IMG/VR virus record: IMGVR_UViG_3300028920_000029
Location: 1 to 64,000 of that record
Source of the DNA: a virus
DNA length: 64,000 nt
Reading direction: 5' to 3' (one strand)
Shown here one piece after another: positions 50,867 to 60,221 of this stretch. Numbering within the stretch: position 1 is the stretch's first letter; every line of letters starts with the position of its first letter. A program made the translations under genes and the position numbers. A model generated the notes under the pieces. That model saw only the letters and a list, made by a program, of their open reading frames with translations, was not told the DNA's origin and did no database searches.

Positions 50867-50891
50867 AATATTTATTAGGAGGAATGTCTAG

Positions 50892-51752
50892 ATGGCTTAT
50901 TTAAGACCGTTACAGACACTGGATAAACCAGTCAGCTACACACTTGGCACAAGCCAAACAGTGTACAGAGGACAGGTAGTTACACTACTTGCTTCTGACG
51001 GCCTTGCTTACGGAACATATTCGTCAGGCAATGCTATGGTAGCAGGTTTATCTATCGACAACAACGCTTCCAGTATCTATGAAAAGTTAATTGCTACGTA
51101 CACAACGTCAATTACACTTGATGCAACAGGTTCTGGAACAGCATCAACAATCTCAACAGGTAAGGTTTTTAAAGGTTCAGACATGGGTGCTACAGGATTC
51201 GACTCTCTTACGGGTTGGACCGTTACTCACAAAGGACCTTCAGAATCAACTTACACTGCCGTAGATGACACATCTACGTGGTATGCTGCTACTGACGTTT
51301 CTGCAGGAACAATCGCTGTTACATCGGTTAACTCAACTGGTGACGCGACTGGCGCAGGATCAATTCAGGTTACAGCAGTTCTTGACATTTTAAAGTCAGG
51401 AGACGGATTTACATCCGTAGAGGACCAGTTTGACAACAGTACTTCTGGTTCTGGAAAGACAACTGTTTATTGGAGTGAAGGTATCTACGAAACTGACCAG
51501 TATGATCCTAACGTATCCTACTCAGTAGGAGCACCACTCTATGTTAAAGGCGACGGAACACTCGTTGCTGGAACAGAAAGCGCCGTATTAAAAGATGCTG
51601 ACGGAGACCTTGTAGTTGGACAGGTGCTTAGAGCACCATCGTTAACACTCACTGCGGAAACCAGAGTAACATCTGGAGAATCGAACCCGAAACCAGAATC
51701 GCTTCAATTTTTCTTTAGGAAACCTGTTACACAGGTTACTTCCTTAGCGTAA
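50892..51752 (+). CDS. head decoration/minor capsid protein
   Basis: Directly upstream of MCP; TSGSGKTTVYW..GIYETDQYD..YSVGAPLYV..G.L motif. Confidence 0.65.
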   Translation: MAYLRPLQTLDKPVSYTLGTSQTVYRGQVVTLLASDGLAYGTYSSGNAMVAGLSIDNNASSIYEKLIATYTTSITLDATGSGTASTISTGKVFKGSDMGATGFDSLTGWTVTHKGPSESTYTAVDDTSTWYAATDVSAGTIAVTSVNSTGDATGAGSIQVTAVLDILKSGDGFTSVEDQFDNSTSGSGKTTVYWSEGIYETDQYDPNVSYSVGAPLYVKGDGTLVAGTESAVLKDADGDLVVGQVLRAPSLTLTAETRVTSGESNPKPESLQFFFRKPVTQVTSLA

Positions 51753-51767
51753 TAGGAGGAAAGTATA

Positions 51768-52796
51768 ATGGAAATAATTAACAAGAAAAACTCACTCGAC
51801 AAAAAGGCTAGCGTTAGCTTCGGCGACGACGGCCACATTAACGCCTCCGACCGAACAGACGCGATTAAAAGGGTTGCCAAGTACTTAAAAGCTGGCGACG
51901 AAGGTTCATATGATGAGAAGGTGTCTAACCTCTTTACCGCAGAAGAGCAGACACAGTTAACGAACAGATTTGCTTCACAGAATACAAGGTACGTAATTGG
52001 TCAGGCAATGGCTTCACCTCTTAAAACATTCTTAGAATATAAGGGTGTTATGAGAAGAGCGCTTAGGGTCGATCCTCTCGCCCCTGGTGCGCTGCCTGTG
52101 TACGACAGGGATACTGAGGAAATCTCAGCAGACGTCCTTGCAGCACAGTCTTCAGTAGATCAGACAAGGGTAATCGGCGACAGGATATACGTTCCAGTAT
52201 TTGAAATCGCTGCATATCCTACTGTTAAACTGAGGGAAATCAAGATCAGAAGGTTCAACATGATTGACCGTATCCAGGTTAGGACAAGGCAGTTCATGCA
52301 GGAATCAGAAGATGCGACAATCATCAACCTTATTGATACAGCTTCAACAAGAGACAACACCGAGTTGACTGTTGACACATCTGACTCAGGAAACGGTCTC
52401 GGCTACATCAAGAGGCTCGACCTTGTTAAGTTGGCTCGACAGATCACAAGGCACGACCTGTTCGCAGTTTCTTACTTCATGTCAATATACCGCTACAGCG
52501 ATATAGAAATGTGGGGAAGAGACGAGCTCGATATTCTGACACAGAAACAGATTATCGACACAGGCTTGCTGGCAACACTGCACGGTAAGAATATCTACGT
52601 AACCAAGAAAATTGAGTACGATACGATATACTGTACCTCAGACCCTGACTACGTTGGAATTTTCCCAGTGTACCAGGACATCGAGGTAATCCCTGCTGAC
52701 ATACCTTACCAGACATCGTTTGGCTGGGTATTCACAGAGCTTATAGGTGCCGCGATTTTCAATGGAAAAGGTGTTGCAAAGACAACTATTTCCTAA
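51768..52796 (+). CDS. major capsid protein (HK97 fold)
   Basis: QAMASPLKTFLEYKGVMRRALRVDPLAPGALPVYDRD, VPVFEIAAYP, GWVFTELIG; size, position and high-expression-like codon use. Confidence 0.85.
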   Translation: MEIINKKNSLDKKASVSFGDDGHINASDRTDAIKRVAKYLKAGDEGSYDEKVSNLFTAEEQTQLTNRFASQNTRYVIGQAMASPLKTFLEYKGVMRRALRVDPLAPGALPVYDRDTEEISADVLAAQSSVDQTRVIGDRIYVPVFEIAAYPTVKLREIKIRRFNMIDRIQVRTRQFMQESEDATIINLIDTASTRDNTELTVDTSDSGNGLGYIKRLDLVKLARQITRHDLFAVSYFMSIYRYSDIEMWGRDELDILTQKQIIDTGLLATLHGKNIYVTKKIEYDTIYCTSDPDYVGIFPVYQDIEVIPADIPYQTSFGWVFTELIGAAIFNGKGVAKTTIS

Positions 52797-52799
52797 TGG

Positions 52800-52830
52800 T
52801 TGACAATACCACATTTTTGTGGTATCTATA
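52800..52830 (+). promoter_or_regulatory. sigma70-like promoter with palindromic operator in spacer
   Basis: TTGACA (52800-52805); ATACCACA-TTTT-TGTGGTAT inverted repeat (52806-52825); imperfect -10 TATCTA. Confidence 0.55.
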
Positions 52831-53008
52831 GGGTGGAGGGGGCCTAGCAATAGGCCCCCGAAATCCAGTTCTTTAAAGCAATTATAGAAGGGCGCGCCGT
52901 AGTAGTTACGACCCCTTAAAACTAAATCATCCCCGACCCACATCGGGCCCCTACTCCCTGTGGAGTAGGGACGCACTTATAATAAATACACGGAGAACTA
53001 TTGAAGGA
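52831..53008 (+). ncRNA. candidate structured RNA 5' of HNH ORF
   Basis: GC-rich hairpins GGGGGCCTA-GCAA-TAGGCCCCC, CCCGA/TCGGG, CCCTACTCC/GGAGTAGGG with no U-tracts. Confidence 0.45.
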
Positions 53009-53016
53009 AAAAACTC

Positions 53017-53625
53017 GTGAACATAACTAGATTGGCTTTGAAAGCTAAGAAAAAGTACGTAACTGATTCCAAAGAGTATATGAGGTTGCATTGCCAAGCT
53101 TATAGGTATGAATTCAAACTTAAGGCTTTAAAGATTTATGGTTTGGTTTGTGCTGAGTGCGGGATGGATGACCCAGATACTTTATGTTTTGACCATATTG
53201 GTGGCGTAAGGAAGGAAGATAGGTCACCCTCGTTCATTTATAGGTTGGTGCGGGAACCTAAAAGAGAGGATATCCAGATACTTTGTGCGAACTGTAACTG
53301 GAAAAAGCAAAGTAACCTTTATACTAGACGTAGCCCAAGGACATACTTTACCACTAAAGTTAAGGTGTTGAGGGCTTATAGTACCACACCTGAGGCTTCT
53401 TGTGTGTTATGTGGCGAGAATGATATAGAATTACTTTGTGTTGATCATATTGACGGGGGAGGAAACAAACATAAGCGTACAGCTAATATTAAGGGACGAC
53501 TACCTACTTGGTTAAAAAAGCATAATTATCCGCCAGGATACAGAACCTTGTGTTTTAATTGTAATTTGAAATCATATATAAAACTAGCACGTGCAAGGCT
53601 TCACGAGGTCTTGCACGCTCCGTAA
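53017..53625 (+). CDS. tandem (double) HNH endonuclease
   Basis: Two repeats: CAECG..DHI..QILCANCN and CVLCG..DHIDGGG..RTLCFNCN. Confidence 0.85.
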   Translation: MNITRLALKAKKKYVTDSKEYMRLHCQAYRYEFKLKALKIYGLVCAECGMDDPDTLCFDHIGGVRKEDRSPSFIYRLVREPKREDIQILCANCNWKKQSNLYTRRSPRTYFTTKVKVLRAYSTTPEASCVLCGENDIELLCVDHIDGGGNKHKRTANIKGRLPTWLKKHNYPPGYRTLCFNCNLKSYIKLARARLHEVLHAP

Positions 53626-53795
53626 GGAGCCTCCTTCAATGATGTGCTACAGGGGCTGAGGGCCTCTTCCCGTGTAGGTCCTTAGCCCTGCCTTTTAGGA
53701 CTTATATTTATACTTAGGAGGATTGCTAATGGTACTATATATTAACTATGGGCTAATCACCCACCCACGTAATACGTCTGTTTGGAGGTGTCTAA

Positions 53796-54617
53796 ATGGC
53801 CTTACCTAAACCTACCGATTTTACAGGTACTTATGAGCCCTTAGCCTATGACAGGTTTTCCGCCAATCTTTTGTGGACTCCCGTAGATGGCGCGGATGAG
53901 TACTGGATTTACAGAGACTTAGATAAGATAGTAGTAGAGCCTCCCTTTGAGACTACTGTATACAACAACCAGGAATATGTTATCTATAGGGATACTGCTG
54001 CGTGGACCAACGCGCAGCCTCTGGATTGTTTCTTTTGGGTACAGGCAGTAGAAGGCCCAGATGCTACAGGTAACTACGAAGAGGGAGACCAGACCGACGC
54101 CCTGTCTCTTATCCATCCATTTGTTATAAGGATTATAGAAGAGGCCAGGTCTATGATAGGAGACGACTTTAGGATCTTTGGTAACATAGCTTCCACTGGT
54201 ACTGACCTACTTGAACAGGTAAGCGCTTATAACTATAAGGTGGCTGTGGAGCAGGCTTTATCCGACATCAACTCTACTCCTACTCCTACGGCGTATAACT
54301 ATGGTACCTTCCCCGCAATGTGGAAGAACCTAATAACCGTGGGTACCTTGGTGTGGATGCTGCCCAGACTTATATTATTCGAGAAAGCTAAGGCTATGCA
54401 GTTTCAGGATCAGGGGCAGGAGTGGACTCCACCCGATCTATCAGAGTCCCTTAAGGGATTGCTCGATATGTATAAAGATATATATGACGACAGGCGAGTG
54501 GCTATTAAACATAACGTGAGGCCTATGCCTAAGGCTGTGGGAAGTCTTCGTGCTCTTTTCATATCACCACAGTTGCTCAAATGGCGCCATGTGCCCACAG
54601 GAAGGCCTTATTTTTAA
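53796..54617 (+). CDS. head-tail adaptor/neck-like protein
   Basis: Position after MCP; FN3-like N-terminus (LLWTPVDGADEYWIYR); ALSDINSTPTPT...F.DQG motif. Confidence 0.5.
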   Translation: MALPKPTDFTGTYEPLAYDRFSANLLWTPVDGADEYWIYRDLDKIVVEPPFETTVYNNQEYVIYRDTAAWTNAQPLDCFFWVQAVEGPDATGNYEEGDQTDALSLIHPFVIRIIEEARSMIGDDFRIFGNIASTGTDLLEQVSAYNYKVAVEQALSDINSTPTPTAYNYGTFPAMWKNLITVGTLVWMLPRLILFEKAKAMQFQDQGQEWTPPDLSESLKGLLDMYKDIYDDRRVAIKHNVRPMPKAVGSLRALFISPQLLKWRHVPTGRPYF

Positions 54618-54675
54618 GGGGTTTTTTAGGATTTATTTGGGGAGCCAGGAAACAGTAATAAAGTAACAGAAATAT

Positions 54676-54733
54676 TTGACATGAGGTTTTTAATTTTGCT
54701 ATACTTCTAATAACTTAAAAACTTATTAGGAGG
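54676..54733 (+). promoter_or_regulatory. promoter overlapping an RBS-sequestering hairpin
   Basis: TTGACA(54676)-18 nt-TATACT(54700) with TG extension; CTTCTAATAA pairs with TTATTAGGAG, covering the RBS. Confidence 0.7.
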
Positions 54734-54740
54734 TAGTAAA

Positions 54741-55751
54741 ATGGAAAAGAGAAAACGTGGAAAGAAAGTTACGGTAGTATGCGACGCTTGTGGTAAGGAG
54801 TTCACTAAGCCACCTAGCCTCGTGAAATCACGAAACTATTGTAACCGAGAATGTAAGGCGAAGGGAAACTCAATGCTCTTTGATCAGGAACCAGAGAGGC
54901 GTAAGTTGGCAGCTCAGAAAACTAAGGAACAGCTTGCAACCAAGGGCCACCCCAGTATTGGTAGGCACCATAACGCTGAAACCAAGATTAAGATAAGTGA
55001 AAAGCGCAAAGCCTTTTATCAAACTGAGGAAGGTAAAGAAGCCAGGACTAAGATATCCGAGCAGCGTAGGGCCAGCGCTGGTAACTATCATCACTCCGAT
55101 GAAACCATCGAGAAGATACGAGCCAAGAAGCTAGAGCGTGATAAGGACCCAAGCTACCAGGACAAGATTAACGACTCACTAGAAGAAAAGCGAAAGGACC
55201 CAGAGTACCATAAGAACCTTAGTGAAGGGGTTAAGCGTTTCCATGCTAGTCCAGAAGGACATGAGGTAGCCAAGCGTAAGAGTATTAAGATGAGACTAAT
55301 AAAAAAATCGTTCTATAAAACTCCTGAAGGTAAGCTGGTTAGGGGGAAATTAAGTAGTCTCATGTCTGATAAAATAGTTTCAGGAGAAATAAAGCCCAAT
55401 AGTCATGGGCACTTCGGTATACGCGCGGATCTTAACGAAGTCTTTAGGTCCAACTTAGAAGCTAACTACGCCAGGATACTTAAGTACAAAGGTACCTCAT
55501 ATGAATATGAGAATACGACATTTAAACTTAGTACTGGGCAGACTTACACACCAGACTTTTACTTACCAGATACTGACGAATATGTAGAACTAAAAGGATA
55601 TTATAAGGCAGGAGAAAGACTTAAGTACGATATGTTTAAAAAGGAGTACCCCAACGTGAAGTGGAGAATTATACTACAGACATCACAGGAGTGGGAAGAC
55701 TTAAGGAGTAAGTACAAACCCTTAATCCCACTATGGGAAGGAGTAAAATGA
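54741..55751 (+). CDS. free-standing homing-type endonuclease: Zn finger + NUMOD3 repeats + PD-(D/E)xK nuclease
   Basis: CDACGKEF..YCNREC; GRHHNAETKIKISE, HHSDETIEKIR; RSNLEANYA..YEYE..YTPDFYLP..VELKGY. Confidence 0.8.
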   Translation: MEKRKRGKKVTVVCDACGKEFTKPPSLVKSRNYCNRECKAKGNSMLFDQEPERRKLAAQKTKEQLATKGHPSIGRHHNAETKIKISEKRKAFYQTEEGKEARTKISEQRRASAGNYHHSDETIEKIRAKKLERDKDPSYQDKINDSLEEKRKDPEYHKNLSEGVKRFHASPEGHEVAKRKSIKMRLIKKSFYKTPEGKLVRGKLSSLMSDKIVSGEIKPNSHGHFGIRADLNEVFRSNLEANYARILKYKGTSYEYENTTFKLSTGQTYTPDFYLPDTDEYVELKGYYKAGERLKYDMFKKEYPNVKWRIILQTSQEWEDLRSKYKPLIPLWEGVK

Positions 55752-56146
55752 AAAGCTACGTTAACTTAAAAAAGTTAGGATCAGATGTGTTATCCCAACT
55801 TAAAGATGAAAATAAAAAGCAGCTGTATAAAGATGCAGTTAAGGCGCTGCCACTTTTATCTAAGTTTGAGCTCCACCCGCCCATTAGTCCTGGTTACTAT
55901 GATATAATACTTACATTAGACACATCAGGGTTACTTCAGAGTACGGCTACAGCCATAGTTAACAAGATTTTAGATGCTGGTCAGGAGTTATTTGATAAAC
56001 GTATAGTGGATATAGACGGTGCAGTGAGTTTTACTGGTGGTAGACTATGGTTGTTTGGTCAGGGAAAAGACAGCTTTATGTCGGTTATTAACCAGGGCGC
56101 CAAAATTGACACTATAGACGTAAGTATAGGAGAAGTAATAAAATAA
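55748..56146 (+). CDS. MKSYVNLKKLG-tagged protein carrying one PxL(S/R)KF-family domain
   Basis: ATG 55748 with AAGGAG RBS; ALPLLSKF..LTLDTSG. Confidence 0.65.
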   Translation: MKSYVNLKKLGSDVLSQLKDENKKQLYKDAVKALPLLSKFELHPPISPGYYDIILTLDTSGLLQSTATAIVNKILDAGQELFDKRIVDIDGAVSFTGGRLWLFGQGKDSFMSVINQGAKIDTIDVSIGEVIK

Positions 56147-56167
56147 AGCTTATAGGAGAGAAAGGTA

Positions 56168-57991
56168 GTGGAAATAGATAACAAAGCTACAGAAGAGCAA
56201 GGTTTAGAGTTGGCGTATAGACTAATTCCTTTTCTACGGAAGTTTACTTACAAGAAATTTTCTCCTAGGTCTATGACGCTACACTGGACTTTGGACGTAT
56301 CAAAAATGTCCAGGCAGTTTATTATTAGTATAATGAAAAAACTAGCTGAGCTGCATAATATCGAAGATTTAAATTATAGACCTTCTAAAAGGATGCTAAA
56401 TTGTTTTTTGCGAGATGAGCACGGACGTGGAATAACTAATAACTTTGTTACTCCTCATTCGATAGAACACACAGTAGCTACGGAGCCTAATATTCCCACG
56501 CTTATAACCGAAGAGCTTGCGCTTAATAGCGATGATATGGTTAAGAAATCTAAAAGCCTCGTTAACTTAAAGAAAGCAGCCAAAGACGGGGTGTTAGAAG
56601 AAATATATTCGATTCTTCCAGAGTTACGAAAGTTTTCTATGTTTCGGTATTTTGGTTCGGAAGCCAACCCATATACAGATTTTAAACTTAATGTGGAGGG
56701 TTGGTCTAGGACTGCTATAATAGGTGTGATGAAGCTCATAAGGCATTCTGGGTTTGTGGGTAAGCTACGAGCGGCGGGCAGTGGTGAGTTAATTAGCTCT
56801 TGGTATAACGACGAAAGCTTAAACATAGCCCTAGCGAACCCAAATATTTATCCCTTGTCCATATCTGTAAGGATATATGACATATCTATTCGTCCCACGC
56901 AAGCAGGAAGCCTCGTTAACTTAAAGAAAGTATCTACAGCTGACGGTAAATGGGAACTTAACTATATACTTAGTGTAGTCCCAGAGCTAAGCAAGTTTAA
57001 CATAAGTGCTCCTATACAAGTATATAACGGAGACCTGGTTCAGTTTAAGTTTAGTTTGGGTGCTGGGCCGCTCAGTAACGTTACTGTAGCTACCTTGCTA
57101 CGTAATATCTATAAAAAACTTATTGAGAACGCGAGGAATAATAAGCCTATACGGAATACTTATGCGGACATGTCCATAGAACTAAGTCCTCAACTTAAAG
57201 ATACGTCGGTTTTGGAAGATACCTACCCTGCGCTTGGTGAGGTAGTAGCTCAGGCCGAAAGAGGTAACATAGCTATACTTGCGATGTATATTATGACTCC
57301 CTCTAAAGAGTACCGAGATGGCGAACCAGAAAAAAGGAACCGACCTCTGCGGGACTATACGGATGCTAAGTCCTGCGTTAACTTAAAAAGAATATCAGCA
57401 GAAGATGAAAAGATGAATAACATACTTAGATATAAGGTTATGCAGCTTAGAAATGATAAGGATATAGAAGCTTATATTCCAGTGTATTATAAGAAGATAA
57501 TAGATAAGTTTAGGAAGGGTGAGCACCTGCAGCCCCCAGAAATCATGGGGTCCATTAAGTCTATCAACGACGCGTTAAAATCGTGGAGGGATAGCAAAGA
57601 GCACTACAGAAAGATGCACGGGAGTTACGTTAACTTAAAAAAGATAGCTGAAGATAAGCTGGACAAGTTTTGTCCGTCTTGTGGTATGATGGTTGACAGG
57701 TTGTACCCAGTTATTGGTAAGGAAAAGATATGCTATGATTGTTACAAGAAGATGCTTAGGGACCGTAAGAAGAAAGCTGGAAGGTTTGAAAGTGATAAAG
57801 AGTTGGAGGATGTTAAGGAACTCTTTGCTTACTTTGAGAAGCAGCCCTATCCATGGAACGAAAGGGCCGAAGCTATAGCAAAGAAGCATGATTACTATGG
57901 TACTCCGTTATCCATAGTTAAACGGATGTTAGTAAACATACAAAAGGAACAGCAGGGAGTAGATCAATTTCCAACTAAGGAGGATAAGTAA
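56168..57991 (+). CDS. modular polyprotein-like ORF: three PxL(S/R)KF domains, further domains and a Zn finger, separated by four SxVNLK(K/R) linkers
   Basis: Linkers at 56555, 56909, 57371, 57623; CPSC..CYDC. Confidence 0.65.
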   Translation: MEIDNKATEEQGLELAYRLIPFLRKFTYKKFSPRSMTLHWTLDVSKMSRQFIISIMKKLAELHNIEDLNYRPSKRMLNCFLRDEHGRGITNNFVTPHSIEHTVATEPNIPTLITEELALNSDDMVKKSKSLVNLKKAAKDGVLEEIYSILPELRKFSMFRYFGSEANPYTDFKLNVEGWSRTAIIGVMKLIRHSGFVGKLRAAGSGELISSWYNDESLNIALANPNIYPLSISVRIYDISIRPTQAGSLVNLKKVSTADGKWELNYILSVVPELSKFNISAPIQVYNGDLVQFKFSLGAGPLSNVTVATLLRNIYKKLIENARNNKPIRNTYADMSIELSPQLKDTSVLEDTYPALGEVVAQAERGNIAILAMYIMTPSKEYRDGEPEKRNRPLRDYTDAKSCVNLKRISAEDEKMNNILRYKVMQLRNDKDIEAYIPVYYKKIIDKFRKGEHLQPPEIMGSIKSINDALKSWRDSKEHYRKMHGSYVNLKKIAEDKLDKFCPSCGMMVDRLYPVIGKEKICYDCYKKMLRDRKKKAGRFESDKELEDVKELFAYFEKQPYPWNERAEAIAKKHDYYGTPLSIVKRMLVNIQKEQQGVDQFPTKEDK

Positions 57992-58161
57992 TGGCTACTA
58001 AAAAGCATGGGCGTAACAAAGACAAGTGTAAGTTGTATCAATCTAACGGGACTAGAAGAAAGAACAAAGTTAGGAATCTTAAGAAGAGATTAAAAGGGTA
58101 TAAGAGCCCAGAGAACTATATGATAGATGAAGATAAGTTTATGATTGTGAAGGTAAAATGA
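57991..58161 (+). CDS. small basic protein (56 aa, not in track)
   Basis: AGGAGG RBS; MATKKHGRNKDKCK... Confidence 0.55.
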   Translation: MATKKHGRNKDKCKLYQSNGTRRKNKVRNLKKRLKGYKSPENYMIDEDKFMIVKVK

Positions 58162-58268
58162 AGATACTTAAATATATTGCGTTTGGTTTTTGGATATTAG
58201 TAGCAATAGTTATATACATAGTCTGCGCAATATGGGACGGTATTAAGAGATTGTTTGGGAGGATATAG
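58158..58268 (+). CDS. small membrane peptide (36 aa, not in track)
   Basis: ATGA overlap; MKILKYIAFGFWILVAIVIYIVCAIWDGIKRLFGRI. Confidence 0.5.
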   Translation: MKILKYIAFGFWILVAIVIYIVCAIWDGIKRLFGRI

Positions 58269-58594
58269 TGTTTACTGTAGCAGGATGGAAAGAGGATGAG
58301 GACAGAGCGATGAAGACTGCCTACAAGTTGTATCAGAAACTTGTAGCCTCAGAGTATCCTGGTGTGAAGGATAAGGCGGAGAAGATAGCTAGCGACTTAG
58401 TGCTTAAAAATATAAATGTTTACGAAGCGTTGGGGGAGTTCAGGAGTATATTTGTTCCTTCTGAAAAAGAATTTAGTATGGAAGACGGGTCAACAATGGA
58501 ACACCTCAAAGAAAGACACGGACTTATAAAACTAATTTTAAAGGAGGGATACCATGTTACAGCTCCTAAAGTTTTTATTCGTAGGAAAGGATAA
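58268..58594 (+). CDS. hypothetical protein
   Basis: GGGAGG RBS before GTG. Confidence 0.5.
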   Translation: MFTVAGWKEDEDRAMKTAYKLYQKLVASEYPGVKDKAEKIASDLVLKNINVYEALGEFRSIFVPSEKEFSMEDGSTMEHLKERHGLIKLILKEGYHVTAPKVFIRRKG

Positions 58595-58862
58595 GTTTGC
58601 GCAGGAATGGTTTGATAAGATACTTGAAGCTACAGAGAGGTTGTCTAAGTCTGGGCAAAGAAAACTGTTTAAGACTGTGCTGGCTATGCTGTTAGTTTTT
58701 ATCCTGTGCATACTATTTATTGTAGTAGCTCACGATAAAGACTTTTTTCTTCAAGGAATACAAGCATTCCTGACGGCTATCTGTGTGTTGGCTGGAGTAT
58801 ATAGTGTGGCTAACTCAGTTGAGCATGCCACTGATGGAGGTAAGAAAAAGAATGGCAAGTAA
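58554..58862 (+). CDS. holin-like two-TM membrane protein
   Basis: RKLF + TM1; TM2 ending LAGVYSVANSVEH; basic tail. Confidence 0.5.
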   Translation: MLQLLKFLFVGKDKFAQEWFDKILEATERLSKSGQRKLFKTVLAMLLVFILCILFIVVAHDKDFFLQGIQAFLTAICVLAGVYSVANSVEHATDGGKKKNGK

Positions 58863-59250
58863 TCCAGAACCATATACTAAAGACCAGATAGTGGAATACA
58901 TAGTATCTTATCTTCCTAGTCTACGTAAGTTTGACTTATATAGCTTTGATGAGGTTCAGCCAAATAAGATGACCACTTTAGTGTTTAGGTTAGATGTATC
59001 TAAGTTTAATATATCTACGAGGGTAAAGCTAATTTACAACTTGGCTGACGCTGCTAAGGCTGTTAACGATACAGATGGCGCGTCTATTAGTTTTGACTCG
59101 CCTCTGTTTAAAAGGCTTGATGCTAACGGAGAAGACCTTTCGACGTCCTCTCGGTTCGTATTAAGGCAAGACGGGCATAGTGTGGTAGAAGAAAAGGCTG
59201 CAGACCCAAAGTTTCACTACATCGAAATGACGGTATTTTATTATGGTTGA
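58852..59250 (+). CDS. single PxL(S/R)KF-family domain protein (no tag)
   Basis: ATG 58852 with GGAGG upstream; YLPSLRKF..FRLDVSKF. Confidence 0.6.
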   Translation: MASNPEPYTKDQIVEYIVSYLPSLRKFDLYSFDEVQPNKMTTLVFRLDVSKFNISTRVKLIYNLADAAKAVNDTDGASISFDSPLFKRLDANGEDLSTSSRFVLRQDGHSVVEEKAADPKFHYIEMTVFYYG

Positions 59251-59351
59251 GGTGCAAATAGTTGAGTTTACTTGTAAGAATAATGTATACTATTACTAAG
59301 CGGACTAAAGAGCTTTACCTTCGGTACCGCTATGCTTAAAGGAGGTATGAT

Positions 59352-60221
59352 ATGTTTATAAAGACTGCTGATTGTTCTGTTGTAGACGTCTTAGATACCA
59401 GGAAAGCTGGGTCTATCTTTGATGAGATAGTTACCAACTCCGAGATAGCTAAGGCTTCTACGCTGGACGAGAGTGATATAAGGCGTCAAGGTTATAATAG
59501 GTTTAGGGCTATAGCCGAGAAACGTTCTGATCGTTTGGCTATAGCAACCAGAGCCATCTCAGCTTATGAAACTCACTCGTTTAACAAGAACGGTGATGCC
59601 TTTGAGAGGGATCAACTTGAGAAATTTCATAAGACGTTTATACTTAAGCCGCATCTTTGGGACCACGATTTATCAATAGGTTCAGTTAGGGGTATAATAG
59701 CTGACGCAAGTTGGAATCCAAAGGAAGACTATGTTGAGACGCTTATCTTTATTGATAGGGAACAGTTTCCTAAGTATGCTTCTAACGTGGAGAAGGGGTA
59801 CATAAATAGTTTTTCTATGGGAGTAGAAGTTAAGGAGGCTGAGTGTTCTATTTGTCACAATATCGCGCGGACACCCGCGGAATTATGTATTCACGCAGAA
59901 AGATACAAAGGACTTTACGTTCAGGGTAAGAAGTGTTTTGAGTTTAACAGGGACCTGGAGTTTATTGAGCAGAGTGCTGTTGCATCTCCAGCAGACCCAG
60001 ACTCACATACTTTGTACATACTGGCGCACGCAAAGGCTGGTCAGCATAAAGAGATAGAGAATCTTAGGAAGCTTGCGTCAATACTTGATAGCTATACAGA
60101 GGAAGACAAGCGTAGGTTTAACGATGAGTACTACCTTATCACATCTTCTGTTGATAGGTTGGCTACCAGAATAGCAAAGGATCTTGGGATATCGTTTGGG
60201 GATCCGAGGCGAGGTGAGTAA
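59352..60221 (+). CDS. prohead maturation protease-like protein (with Zn-binding insert)
   Basis: NKNGDAF, HLWDHD (His), RGIIADA, SFSMG (Ser), CSIC..C.H, FIEQSAVASPAD; herpes/HK97-type protease pattern. Confidence 0.7.
   Translation: MFIKTADCSVVDVLDTRKAGSIFDEIVTNSEIAKASTLDESDIRRQGYNRFRAIAEKRSDRLAIATRAISAYETHSFNKNGDAFERDQLEKFHKTFILKPHLWDHDLSIGSVRGIIADASWNPKEDYVETLIFIDREQFPKYASNVEKGYINSFSMGVEVKEAECSICHNIARTPAELCIHAERYKGLYVQGKKCFEFNRDLEFIEQSAVASPADPDSHTLYILAHAKAGQHKEIENLRKLASILDSYTEEDKRRFNDEYYLITSSVDRLATRIAKDLGISFGDPRRGE

Noticed and set aside
52831-53700. Group I/II intron, tmRNA, RNase P or tRNA
   Set aside because: The flanking genes are complete, and I found no P7, domain V, GAGGAAAGTCC or T-arm/CCA signature.
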